This document shows positions 35,518 through 46,497 of a DNA stretch of 64,000 nucleotides, in pieces (the first letter of the stretch is position 1; every line of letters begins with the position of its first letter). The notes under the pieces were generated by a model that ran no database searches, had not been told where the DNA came from, and saw only the letters and a program-made list of their open reading frames with translations. Both the position numbers and the translations under genes were made by a program. This stretch comes from Eledone cirrhosa (Eukaryota), in contig OZ024741.1 in the NCBI GenBank assembly GCA_964016885.1, positions 402,256,001-402,320,000 of the forward strand, given 5' to 3'.

Positions 35518-35916
35518 TTCAAAACAGTCCATGGAAAGAAACAATGCAGTTATTATTAAGAATAATTGAAATTAATGCATAAAAGATTTCACAGCTCTAG
35601 CATCATTCTTTCATAGTCAGCCTATGCCTTTCCTGCCATAGTGGAGTGAGAGACTGAAGTACCTGAGGGGTGGGGAACCCCATAGTAAGATAGAAAGAGA
35701 AACTAAAACCCAGTAGATTTCTAGAATCCTCTGAACTACAAGGGGCTGTGCTGGAAAGTTCATAGGCTGAATATGAAGGAGTGATGCTAGGGTTGTGAAA
35801 TCTTATATGCATTAATTTCAATTCTTCTTATTAATAAGTGTATTGTTTCTTTCTAGGAACTATGTTGAAAAATAAACCTCATTTGGTCATTCCATGAGAG
35901 TATCTTAGTCATCCTA
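35518..35916. mobile_element. Two inverted copies of a ~155-bp MITE with TAGGCTGACTA-like termini
   Basis: 35518-35625(-, partial) and 35763-35916(+). Same element at 38909-39199 and 45030-45217. Confidence 0.75.
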
Positions 35917-36379
35917 TCAAGTTTTCAGCCTAGTGTAGAACAGCATTAGAAGTACTGTGACATACAGTGTAGCTTGACACTTTTTCTGAAATGTTTTTAT
36001 TTCTAGCTGAAGACAATGGTTTGTTCTGCCTGGAGTCTAAAGCTCCAATATTTCAATATTTTATGTCTGGATTATCTTTTCTGCTGGAATTGAGAAAGAA
36101 CAACAACACTAATGTTTTTACTTCTAATACAGCTGTAGATGGTTTTAGTCCATAAAACTGAGTTTTTATGGAAGAAAATCCAGTTTTATGGAATAAAGCT
36201 TTTAGAAAAATATAGAACTATATTTTATAGGATATAGGTGAAATATTTAGAATATCTCATGATATATTTTAGTGATGTGTGTTTATCATAAATATCATAT
36301 AGGCCAGTAGATGGAGTAAAGTAAATTTTGTGTCTATTGAAATGTAGTACTTTGTTTTGTGGGTGTCATGTAGTAAACT

Positions 36380-36594
36380 ATGATGTAATTTAACCTAGTA
36401 TAATGTAGTTTAACCTAGTATACTGTAGTATAATGTAGTTTAACCTAGTATATAGTGTAATGTAGTAAAGTATAATTTAGTTTAACCTAGTTTAATCTAG
36501 TATCCTGTAGTAAAATGTAGTATAGTATAATTTAGTTTAACCTAGTAATATGTAGTATAGAATAATTTAGTTTAACCTAGTATTATATAGTATA
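36380..36594. repeat. Degenerate (TGTAGTTTAACCTAGTATAA)n repeat, interrupted by an RTE insertion
   Basis: The motif resumes after the LINE tail at 37749-37770. Confidence 0.8.
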
Positions 36595-37748
36595 GGACTA
36601 AGGTCCTTATAAGTAGACGAGAAAACAGAACCCAGATCCCCTCAGGGAAATGGCCTTGCTCAGTATGTAGGAAAGGTGTAGGTAGGAACTCCATTCTTTG
36701 CCCCAAATGCAAACAATGGGTACACAAGAGATGTAGCGGGATCTCAGGAAGCTTAATTAAGAATGTAGGATTCACATGCAGCAGCTGTGCTGAAACAGCA
36801 AGCAAACAGCCACAGGAAACAAGTACCACCAATCTCTGGGAGGGCCCTGTAGAAACAGTAGACAGCTTCTGCTACCTAGGTGACCGAATTAGCAACGGAG
36901 GTGGGTGCTCAGAAAGTACAATAACTAGGGTAAGAACGGGATGGAAGAAGTTTAGGGAACTACTACCACTGCTAGCTGCAAAAGGCTTCTCCCTCAGAAT
37001 GAAAGGCAGACTGTATGATGCGTGTATCCGAACAGCGATGTTGCATGGTAGTGAGACCTGGGCGCTGAAGGTGGAAGACTTACGTAGATTAGAGAGAAAC
37101 GAAGCCTGCATGCTCCGATGGATGTGTAACAGTAATATACGTGAACGACAAAGCATAAATGAATTGAGAGAGAGACTGAGCATAAGAGGAATCAAATGCT
37201 GCGTGCAGGAGAGGCGGTTACGCTGGTATGGACATGTGATGCGTATGAAGGATGACAGCTGCATAAAAAGGTGCAGAGCACTAGAAGTTGATGGAAACCG
37301 CGGAGTGGGGAGACCCAAGATGACTTGGGATGAGGTGATAAAAGCCGACCTTACCCAACTACACCTCTCAAAGTCAATGACACACGACCGTGGCTTCTGG
37401 CGTCACGCAGTAATACAGGGTACCCGACCTCCCATGGGTACATGCTGAAGCATATAAACAATATGCCCCCCCCCCCCACCGCAAGGTGGTCGTGGAGGTG
37501 CCACGGCAAAAAAGCACCCAGCCCACACTGTAAAGTGGACGTGTAGGCGCCACGAAAAAGCACCCAGCACTCACTGTAAATGAGGTTGGTGTTAGGAAGG
37601 GCATCCAGCTGTAGAAATCAAGCCAGATCAGTTCCTGTATGAGCAAGGCATGGTCAGCCGACCAGACACTGCCCACAACAGGACAACCCGTCTAACCCAT
37701 GCTAGCGTGGAAGAACGGACGTAAAACGGTGATGATGATGATGATGAT
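36595..37748 (+). mobile_element. 5'-truncated RTE LINE (PHD-like finger to 3' tail)
   Basis: TKVLISRRENRTQIPSGKWPCSVCRKG..., ORF 36999-37448, 3' UTR and (GAT)n. Confidence 0.95.
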
Positions 37749-37891
37749 AATGTAGTTTAACCTAGTATAACTCTGTAATAGACTGACGTCCTGTCCAGGG
37801 GAGAGTCTTGAACTGACAGTCGTTTACGCCACAAAACCTGGTTAAGCACTGGCCCGACAAGTCTCCTAGTTTAAGACAGACTTTAGTAATG

Positions 37892-38193
37892 CTGTGGTTC
37901 TCAAACCTACTTTGTCATAGAATCCTCATACGATTTCCTCAAGATTAGAAAACTCACAATTTTAATATATTTTACAGACAATCCCCACCATCCTAATTTT
38001 AAGACATTAAATGAAGCAAAAATTGTTTTAGTCAGAGAATTCATTCATATACAAAAAAAAACAAAAACTAATTAAAAAAAATGTCATCAAAAACACCTAA
38101 AAAAAAAATTTCATCAAAAACACCTCATCTTGTGGAACCCCAGATTTTATTGTGGAATCCTTGTTTTCCTTGAAATCCAATTTGGGAAATATT
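37892..38193. mobile_element. Possible degenerate hAT-like MITE
   Basis: Ends CTGTGGTTCTCAAAC ... TTTGGGAAATATTG resemble CAGTGGTTCTCAAAC-type TIRs. No clear TSD. Confidence 0.4.
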
Positions 38194-38204
38194 GTAGTAA
38201 AGCA

Positions 38205-38482
38205 GTTACCTGCCAGTTGGCTTTGTCCATTAATCTGTCCAGTGATTCTTTCCTAAGACATTCTAACATGTTAGTAATATCAGAGCTGTGATCTCTCAAT
38301 TTGGAGAAGTAGCAGCTCCAGATGGAGTGACTCTCTGAGCTACACACTCTATTGAGTAACATTACTCCAAAGGCCCTTCAGAGGAACCCTATTTTGGCTG
38401 CTTGTATTCACAATCGTATTCTTTTAGTCATTACTCGAAATTCATGACCATAGGTAAGGGTTGGCACAAATACCGAATTGAA
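38205..38482 (-). mobile_element. RTE (Expander-like) LINE remnant
   Basis: Reverse complement resembles 9735-9950 (LTYGHE region). Confidence 0.75.
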
Positions 38483-38908
38483 GATAGTTAATTTAAAAAA
38501 AAAAAATGTTTGTTCTTGTATTGAGATAAAAAGGTAGTCAGGACATCAAGGATGGTATTCAGGGTGTTGTTGTTTTTCTTAACTTTTGTTTTCTAAATCT
38601 GAGAGTGCAACATTGAAAAGTAGGTGTGTGTGTGGGTGGGGTGGGGGGTTCATTACCACCTAGTGCTCCACCTTGTCAATGAGTCAGCTGTGTAATTTAA
38701 CAACCTGGTGGTGGTTCAGATATGACATGCCACTTTTTAATTGAAGAGCATATTGTTCACTTCACTATCAAGTGGTTTATCAGCTCTCAGGTGTTTATCA
38801 TAATACAACATTATAACACACCTTATGTTGTACAATAGAGAGAAAGGTCAATAAGGTCTAAATAAAGAAAAGTTAAAATTTGTGAATGTTAATAATGACA
38901 GGAAGGTG

Positions 38909-39199
38909 TAGGTTGACTATGAAGGAGTGACACTAGAGCTGTGAAACCTTGCATGTAATAATTTCAACTCTTATTGATAACTGAATTGTTTCTTTCTGGG
39001 GACTATCTTGTAAAATAAACCTCATTTGGTCATTCCATGAGAGTATCTTAGTCAGCCTATGATGGAACGATGCTAGAGCTGTAAAATCTTACATGCATTA
39101 ATTTCAATTCTTCTTATCAATAACTGCATTGTTTCTTTCCAGGGACTGTTTAAAAATAAACCTCATTTGGTCATTCCATGGGAGTATCTTGGTCAGCCT
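38909..39199 (+). mobile_element. Tandem pair of the ~155-bp TAGGCTGACTA MITE
   Basis: Two direct copies ending AAATAAACCTCATTTGGTCATTCCATG.GAGTATCTT.GTCAGCCTA. Confidence 0.75.
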
Positions 39200-39469
39200 A
39201 TAAACTTTTCTGCCGAATCTCATATAATGAACATGTCCTTTTATCACAGTTTTTGTAGTTGTTATTTAGCCTCAAATAAACCCTGATTGAACAAAACTCT
39301 AAGTACTATAAGCAGTATAGTTTATGGTTGCAATTGTTGTTTTATAATTTAATAAAGTTAAGAAAGGATTTTGTGGACTCTTCCAGTCTTGGACAGATTA
39401 TCTTCTTGAGCCATCCCTCTTGTGAAGGTCAAGCATTCATTTTTACTTTTTCTAATGGCTACAATATAT

Positions 39470-39698
39470 GTGGCTTACCACACCTGCATAGACAGCCATG
39501 CCACTGATGTTGTCCAAGGGAAAGGCAATGGCTGATAGAGCTTGGCACCAGTGATGTCACAACACATTTCTAAGCTGCATGAATTGGAGCAATGTAAAAT
39601 AAAGCATCTTACTGAAGGTCACAACACATCACCTGGTCCAGGAATCAAACTCAGAACCTGATGATTGTAAGCTCAACTCTCTAACCATTAAGCCATGT
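39470..39698 (-). mobile_element. Degenerate SINE family B-related copy
   Basis: Minus strand TGGCTTAATGGTTAGAG...GAGTTTGATTCC...TTACATTGCTCCA. Confidence 0.65.
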
Positions 39699-40137
39699 GT
39701 GAAGCTTAGTCTGAACATCTATAGGTCAGTGTCAGATGTCCTGCTTGGTGCTTTACATCTGGTGACCAGAGAAGCAGTTTCCCTGCAGGTTCATTCTCTC
39801 ATCACAGCAACAAGATCCCATCCAGTGAAGCCAGTGTCCTTCTCCAACAGAGTCTTCATGGTTATGTTTCAATGTCCTACTAAGCACTTTACATCTGGTG
39901 ACCAGAGAAGCAGTTTCCCAGCAGGTTCGTCATGGCAGGAAACACGTCCAGCAAGAGCTAAGCAATGGGGGGTCAAACTTTAAATGAAATTCACGGCTGA
40001 TCGCCATAAAGAACCTTGTTGGTAGCATGACTTTGCCACAAAATTGATATGAGTGATGCTTAGTTTGAACATCTGTAGCTCAGTACCACAGGGAAAAATC
40101 ATAGACTGGGAAGGAATATGATTCAAATCCTAATTTC

Positions 40138-41860
40138 ATTGAGACCAGATGGTAGTAGTTTTAAACTAGCTCATGTGATGGGTTTAGTAGTGGCACTGAA
40201 ATATTGATACATGTGTCATTGATACCAGATGTGGTGGGTTAGCTAGAACTGAAATATTGATACATATGTCATTGATACCAGATGTGGTGGGTTAGCTAGA
40301 ACTGAAATATTGATATATGTGTCATTGATACCAGATGTGGTGGGTTAGCTAGAACTGAAATATTGATACATGTGTCATTGATACCAGATGTGGTGGGTTA
40401 GCTAGAACTGAAATATTGATACATGTCATTGATACCAGATGTGGTGGGTTAGCTAGAACTGAAATATTGATATATGTGTCATTGATACCAGATGTGGTGG
40501 GTTAGCTAGCACTGAAATATTGATACATGTCATTGATACCAGATGTGGTGGGTTAGCTAGAACTGAAATATTGATATATGTGTCATTGATACCAGATGTG
40601 GTGGGTTAGCTAGCACTGAAATATTGATACATGTCATTGATACCAGATGTGGTGGGTTAGCTAGAACTGAAATATTGATACATGTGTCATTGATACCAGA
40701 TGTGGTGGGTTAGCTAGAACTAAAATATTGATATATGTTTCATTGATACCAGATGTGGTGGGTTAGCTAGAACTGAAATATTGATATGTGTCATTGATAC
40801 CAGATGTAGTGGGTTAGCTAGCACTGAAATATTGATATGTTTCATTGATACCAGATGTGGTGGGTTAGCTAGTACTGAAATATTGATATATGTTTCATTG
40901 ATACCAGATGTGGTGGGTTAGCTAGTACTGAAATATTGATATATGTTTCATTGATACCAGATGTGGTGGGTTAGCTAGAACTGAAATATTGATATATGTT
41001 TCATTGATACCAGATGTGGTGGGTTAGCTAGAACTGAAATATTGATATATGTGTCATTGAGACCAGATGTGGTGGGTTAGCTAGAACTGAAATATTGATA
41101 TATGTTTCATTGATACCAGATGTGGTGGGTTAGCTAGCACTGAAATATTGATACATGTCATTGATACCAGATGTGGTGGGTTAGCTAGAACTGAAATATT
41201 GATACATGTGTCATTGATACCAGATGTGGTGGGTTAGCTAGAACTGAAATATTGATATATGTTTCATTGATACCAGATGTGGTGGGTTAGCTAGAACTGA
41301 AATATTGATATGTGTCATTGATACCAGATGTAGTGGGTTAGCTAGCACTGAAATATTGATATGTTTCATTGATAGCAGATGTGGTGGGTTAGCTAGTACT
41401 GAAATATTGATATATGTTTCATTGATACCAGATGTGGTGGGTTAGCTAGTACTGAAATATTGATATATGTTTCATTGATACCAGATGTGGTGGGTTAGCT
41501 AGAACTGAAATATTGATATATGTTTCATTGATACCAGATGTGGTGGGTTAGCTAGAACTGAAATATTGATATATGTGTCATTGAGACCAGATGTGGTGGG
41601 TTAGCTAGAACTGAAATATTGATATATGTTTCATTGATACCAGATGTGGTGGGTTAGCTAGTACTGAAATATTGATATATGTGTCATTGAGACCAGATGT
41701 AGTGGGTTAGCGAGAACTGAAATATTGATACATGTGTCATTGATACCAGATGTAGTGGGTTAGCTAGCACTGAAATATTGATATGTTTCATTGAGACTAG
41801 ATGTGGTAGGTTAGCTAGAACTGAAATATTGATACATGTTTCATTAATATTGATACATGT
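40138..41860. repeat. 53/51-bp minisatellite, ~32 copies, with a 524-bp higher-order duplication
   Basis: Unit ATATTGATACATGTGTCATTGATACCAGATGTGGTGGGTTAGCTAGAACTGAA. Variants recur at 40806/41330 and 41059/41583. Confidence 0.97.
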
Positions 41861-42444
41861 TCACGTGATGCGCATGAAAGTCAATAGCTGTATAACAAAG
41901 TGCAGGGCAATAAAGATAGACGGTAGTCACGGAATAGGCAGACCTAGAAAAACCTGGGACGAGCTGATAAACTCCGACATCACACACTTACACCTCTCCA
42001 AGACAATGTCACTGGACCGAGACCTTTGGCGGTACTCAGTAACAGAGAAGACCTGCCTTACCTAAATATATAGTAAAACCTACTCCAGCCAGTAGGCATC
42101 TCTAACAAAATACACCCCCCCCCCACCCCATCCACACCACCCGTTCTATGTAAAGTTATGTTGGTGCCGCGCCATCCAGGCCGAAACAAATGAGATCGTG
42201 TAGGTGTCACGACAAAAAAACACACAGTCCACGCTGTAATGTGGCCGTGTAGGCAACGCGGTAAAAACCTCCCAGACCCACACTGTAAATGTGGTTGGTG
42301 TTAGGAAGGGCATCCAACTGTAGAAAACCTGCCAGACAGTCCTATGCGAGCAAGACAATCACTCTTGCCTCAAGTGGGACTACCCCCGTCCAAACCCATG
42401 CAAGCATGGAACACGGACGTTAAACGTCGATGATGATGATGATG
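41861..42444 (+). mobile_element. 5'-truncated RTE LINE 3' fragment
   Basis: High similarity to 32888-33481 (HVMRMK..CITKCRAIKIDG through to the tail). Confidence 0.95.
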
Positions 42445-43013
42445 TTTCATTAATTTGCGATGCAGAATTTCCATTCTGCTTACAACATTTTTTTTCCTTT
42501 CCCAGAGGTTTAATCCATTCAACTGGCACTTCTTGGAGATGGAAAAATTGTTAGATTTTTTTCTAGTTCTTTGAATGCCATAAAACAAGAAGAAAAACCA
42601 TAAATTGAAGAATGAAATATTACATTTTAGTTGTATTCTTATTTGATAAATAAATGAAAAAAAAAAATTAGTATTTTTTTTTTTTTACTGAATTAAATGA
42701 ATTAAAAAGGAAATGAAAAGTTAGTCTGTAACTACATCACATTTAGTTAGATTTAGACTGTGAGAAAAGTTGGGCTGACATTTAGTTGGAGAGGTGATAT
42801 GGAAACCAGTTAAAATAAAATGCTAATGAAAAATATCTCTTTAGGTTATTAGTGTTCTTCAGGTCACCAGTTAAAATTTTCTCAGTGTATTAACTTCTCC
42901 TTAGTACATTACAGTATAAAATCTGATTCACTTAATTATATTAGAATTACATAGTCATCATGTTGTATTGCTGTCAGTAATGATATTGTTGTATTTTATA
43001 TATATTCAAATGT

Positions 43014-43242
43014 TTAACCCTTCAGCATTTAAACTGGCCATATCCAGCCAGAATTCCCTCACCTCTTTCTGTTTAAACCAGCTGTAACTAACCACTCATA
43101 CCGGCATTAAGGTATTGTTCTCAAAATATATAACATTGAAATCTCATAGATTCGATATTATGTAAGATAATTATGTGAGATAATGCCTTTACTGCAAAAA
43201 TGCATTAGTATATATAGAGTAATGTAAATGCTAAAGGGTTAA
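43014..43242 (+). mobile_element. piggyBac-like MITE, complete, with TTAA TSD
   Basis: TTAA-CCCTTCAGCATTTA ... TAAATGCTAAAGGG-TTAA. Confidence 0.88.
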
Positions 43243-43247
43243 TGAAA

Positions 43248-43930
43248 GGTTAGAGAATTGGATTCGCAATTGTGAGGTTGTGAGTTCAATTCCTGGACTG
43301 AGCGATGCCTTATGTCCTTGAGCAAGACACTTTATTTCATGTTGCACTTTCTGCCAGGTGTTGCAACTGGTAGATAGTAGCAGCAATTGGAAAGACCAAT
43401 GGAAACATTGTTTCCCTTGTCCACTTTGATGAGTACTACCTCACTCAGTAAGTGAATGAGGTCTGGGATTTTGTTGATCACCTTAATCCTTTAGCATTGA
43501 AACCAGCCATATCCGGCCAGCATTCTCTCACCTATTTCTGTTCAAATTGGCTGTAATCAGCCACTCATACTGATGTTAAGGTATTTCTCTCAAAATAAAT
43601 AATATCAAAATCCCATAGATTCGATATTATGAGAGATAAGTATGTGAGATAAGTCGTTACCGTGAAAACATAATAGTAAATATTAGAGTAATGTAAATGC
43701 AAAGACAAATAGGAAAGACTAATTGGTTCGATTTGACGAGTTCCACCCCACTCGGTAAGTGAATGAGGTGTGAGAACTTGTTGATCAATTCTTTCAAATA
43801 TCTTGATCTGCCAGTTGTGACTGGCAGATAGTATCAGCAATTGAAAGACCAATGGAAACATTGTTTCCTTGGTCCAATTTGACAAGTTCCATTCCACTTG
43901 GCAAGTGAATGAGGTCTGGAATCTTGTTGA
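43248..43930 (+). mobile_element. SINE family B (alternative body) with repeated body segments and a second piggyBac-like MITE at 43483-43703
   Basis: GGTTAGAG...GAGTTCAATTCC...CCTTGAGCAAGACACTTT head. The GAAAGACCAATGGAAACATTG...GTGAATGAGGTCTGG body repeats. The MITE starts TTAATCCTTTAGCATT. Confidence 0.75.
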
Positions 43931-44023
43931 TTGACTTCCTTTCCTAAATATTTAATGAGTCTAAAAAGAGTTAGAAAGGTTTGGAGGAAATTGTTACCGA
44001 GTCTAGAAGGATGATACTTAAAC

Positions 44024-44301
44024 CAGGCATGTCAGACATGCAGTCTGCGGGCTGCATGCGGCTCTTTACAAGCACACCTGTGGCCCGCACAAAAGTTTTT
44101 ACTGCGTGAACTCGTTTTATCTTCATAATATAAAATAAAATAAAAATTAGTTGTAATGTGCACCATTAGTTGTCATGTGTAAAACTCAGACAACACATGT
44201 GACCCATGTGACCCTCAGACAACACATATGTGACCCATGTGACCCTCAGACAACACATGTGACCCATGTGGTCCTCGGGGGACCTCAGTTTGATATGCCT
44301 G
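44024..44301. mobile_element. hAT (Charlie-like) MITE with 8-bp TSD
   Basis: TIRs CAGGCATGTCAGAC / GTTTGATATGCCTG. TSD ACTTAAAC at 44016-44023 and 44302-44309. Internal ~29-bp repeat, 3 copies. Confidence 0.92.
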
Positions 44302-44621
44302 ACTTAAACAACGTACATTGATCAAGAAATTTCAGTTAAAAATATATAATGTTTGTAATAAAAAATGTTTAAATAACAAAAGTAAGGTAAAATGGTGAAG
44401 GAACTGCAGACTTTACATTCCATTCTATGTGGTGTCTCAGCTGCATCATGTGGACAAAATGGCAAAAGCATTGCTGTGCAGATCAGCCAGTAACACCTAT
44501 TGCATCAGATACTTTACCTCATGGGGCTCATTCCAAATTTTTCAGAGAAAAATGGCAGTTTGGGGACTGAAAAGAAAGTGGTTAGTAAGTCCTGGTAATT
44601 GGAAGAAAAATGTACTGTATT

Positions 44622-44840
44622 TGCCAACATCCAGAGTTGACACTGCACTCAGTACTCCCATGGGAGCCCCTGCATGGACACACTGGAAGAGGAAGACCGA
44701 GGTTAATATATGTTGATGTCCTAAGGACAGACACTGGTCTCTTTGAGATGCAAGACATGGCAGCGATGATGAGGGACAGAGACCGCTGGAGAGAACTCGT
44801 TCATGGATCTCGGGGAATTTTACCCACCCTAGATAGATAA
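44622..44840 (+). mobile_element. RTE-like LINE 3' end with (TAGA)n tail
   Basis: HPEL..VLPWEPLHGHTGRGRPRLIYVDVLRTDTG...RDRDRWRELV. Second copy at 57405-57622. Confidence 0.8.
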
Positions 44841-45029
44841 GGCACACTCTTTTATCCCTCCAACAAAAAGAAAATCATCCTGCACCTTATATACAGAAGG
44901 TCAGGTTTTGGGTAAGCTTTTAGTGACTGACAAGTGTTAATTTTAGTGGTAGACCAAATGGTATCAGCCTTTAGAATGATTAGCAATTAAAAATTGTGGT
45001 ATGCCTTATATGAAGGTTGACTGAAAAGT

Positions 45030-45217
45030 TATAGACTGACCAAGATACTCTCATGGAATGACCAAATGAGGCTGACCAAGATACTCTCATGGAATGACCA
45101 AATGAGGTTTATTTTTCGACATAGTCCCTAGAAAGAAACAATGTAATTATTAATAAGAGTTGAAATCAATGCTTGCAAGATTTCACAGCTCTAGCATCAC
45201 TCCTTCATAGTCAGCCT
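45030..45217 (-). mobile_element. TAGGCTGACTA MITE with internal ~35-bp duplication
   Basis: Reverse complement of 38909-39059. CTGACCAAGATACTCTCATGGAATGACCAAATGAGG occurs twice. Confidence 0.75.
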
Positions 45218-45450
45218 ACCCCTGTAAACCTGAAAAACATACATTGATATATGAGGATAAACTACAGAATATATTAATGCACTATTTTTCTGTAAGGTAT
45301 TTAGAATTATTGACTGGTTATTGAAAAAACAAACTACCAGGATCTATCATAACAATGTAGCAGTGATAATTAGATGTATTTTATTGATCTTAGGGTTAAA
45401 TCTCTGAGATAATTTTGAAAAGACATCACAATTGGGATACAAAGACAAAT

Positions 45451-46412
45451 AATTGTTCCTACTTTTGGCACAAGACCAGCAATTACCCAGTACCTTACTG
45501 GTACTTTATTTTATCAACCCCGTAAGGATGAAAGGCAAAATTAACCTCAGCTGGATTTGAACTCAGACCGTAAAGGGACGTAACTGTGCTGGAAAGCATG
45601 GCGTCCGACTCTCTACCGATACTGCTAATCCACCATACGAAGACAAATAATTGTTTCTACGTTAGGCACAAGGCCAGCAATTACCCAGTGCATTACTGGT
45701 ACTTTATTTTATCGACCCCATAAGGATGAAAGGCAAAGTCAACCTCGGCGGGATTTGAACTCGATCGTAAAGGGACGTAACTATGCTGGAAAGCATGGCG
45801 TCCGACCCTCTCCCGATACTGCCAATCCACCGCCCCATACGAAGACAAATAATGGTTTCTGATTTAGACAGAAGGCCAACAATTTTGTTGGAAGGGGGAA
45901 AGTCTATTAAACCGAACCTAGTATGTTACTGGTACTTTATTTTATCAACCCTGTAAGGATGAAAGGCAAAGTTAACCTCTACCGATACTGTCAATCCACT
46001 GCCATCAAATATTCGTTTCTGATTTAGGCACAAATTTTAGAGGAGGGGAAAAAATCTATTAAATTTATCTCAGTGCATTACTGGTACTTTATTTTATCGA
46101 CCCCGTAAGAATGAAAGGCAAAGTTAATCTCGGCGATATTTGAACTCAGAACATAAAGGGTCGTAACTCTATGCCACAAAGCATTTTGTCTGACGCTCTA
46201 CCGATTACTGCCAATCATTGCCCTTTTCTTTATATAATGGTGAGAAGGAAAGTGGATTAAATCAATCCCAGTGTATTACTGGTACTTTTTATCGACCTAA
46301 GGAAGAAAGGCAAAGATAATCTCTGCAGGATTTGAACTCAGAATGTAAAGGGCCGTAACTCTATGCGGCACAGCATATTGTCAGACGCTCTACCGATTCT
46401 GCCAATCCTTTG
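45451..46412 (-). mobile_element. Cluster of five co-oriented SINE family A copies
   Basis: Core TTACTGGTACTTT...ATC.ACC at about 45496, 45693, 45926, 46078 and 46276. Confidence 0.9.
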
Positions 46413-46497
46413 CCATCAAATATTAATGAGACAAATACTAATGAGATTCCATTAATTATGAGTGGAGTTTGAACTGGTGGTTAATTGATTTACAAAA

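Noticed and set aside
37775-37885. SINE-like remnant GACTG.CGTCCTGTCCAGG (also about 15930-16200 and 62940-63275)
   Set aside because: Too degenerate to delimit or classify by eye.
1-41860. CRISPR-like appearance of the 29-64 bp repeat arrays
   Set aside because: Units are head-to-tail with no unique spacers, there are no cas genes, and the context is eukaryotic.
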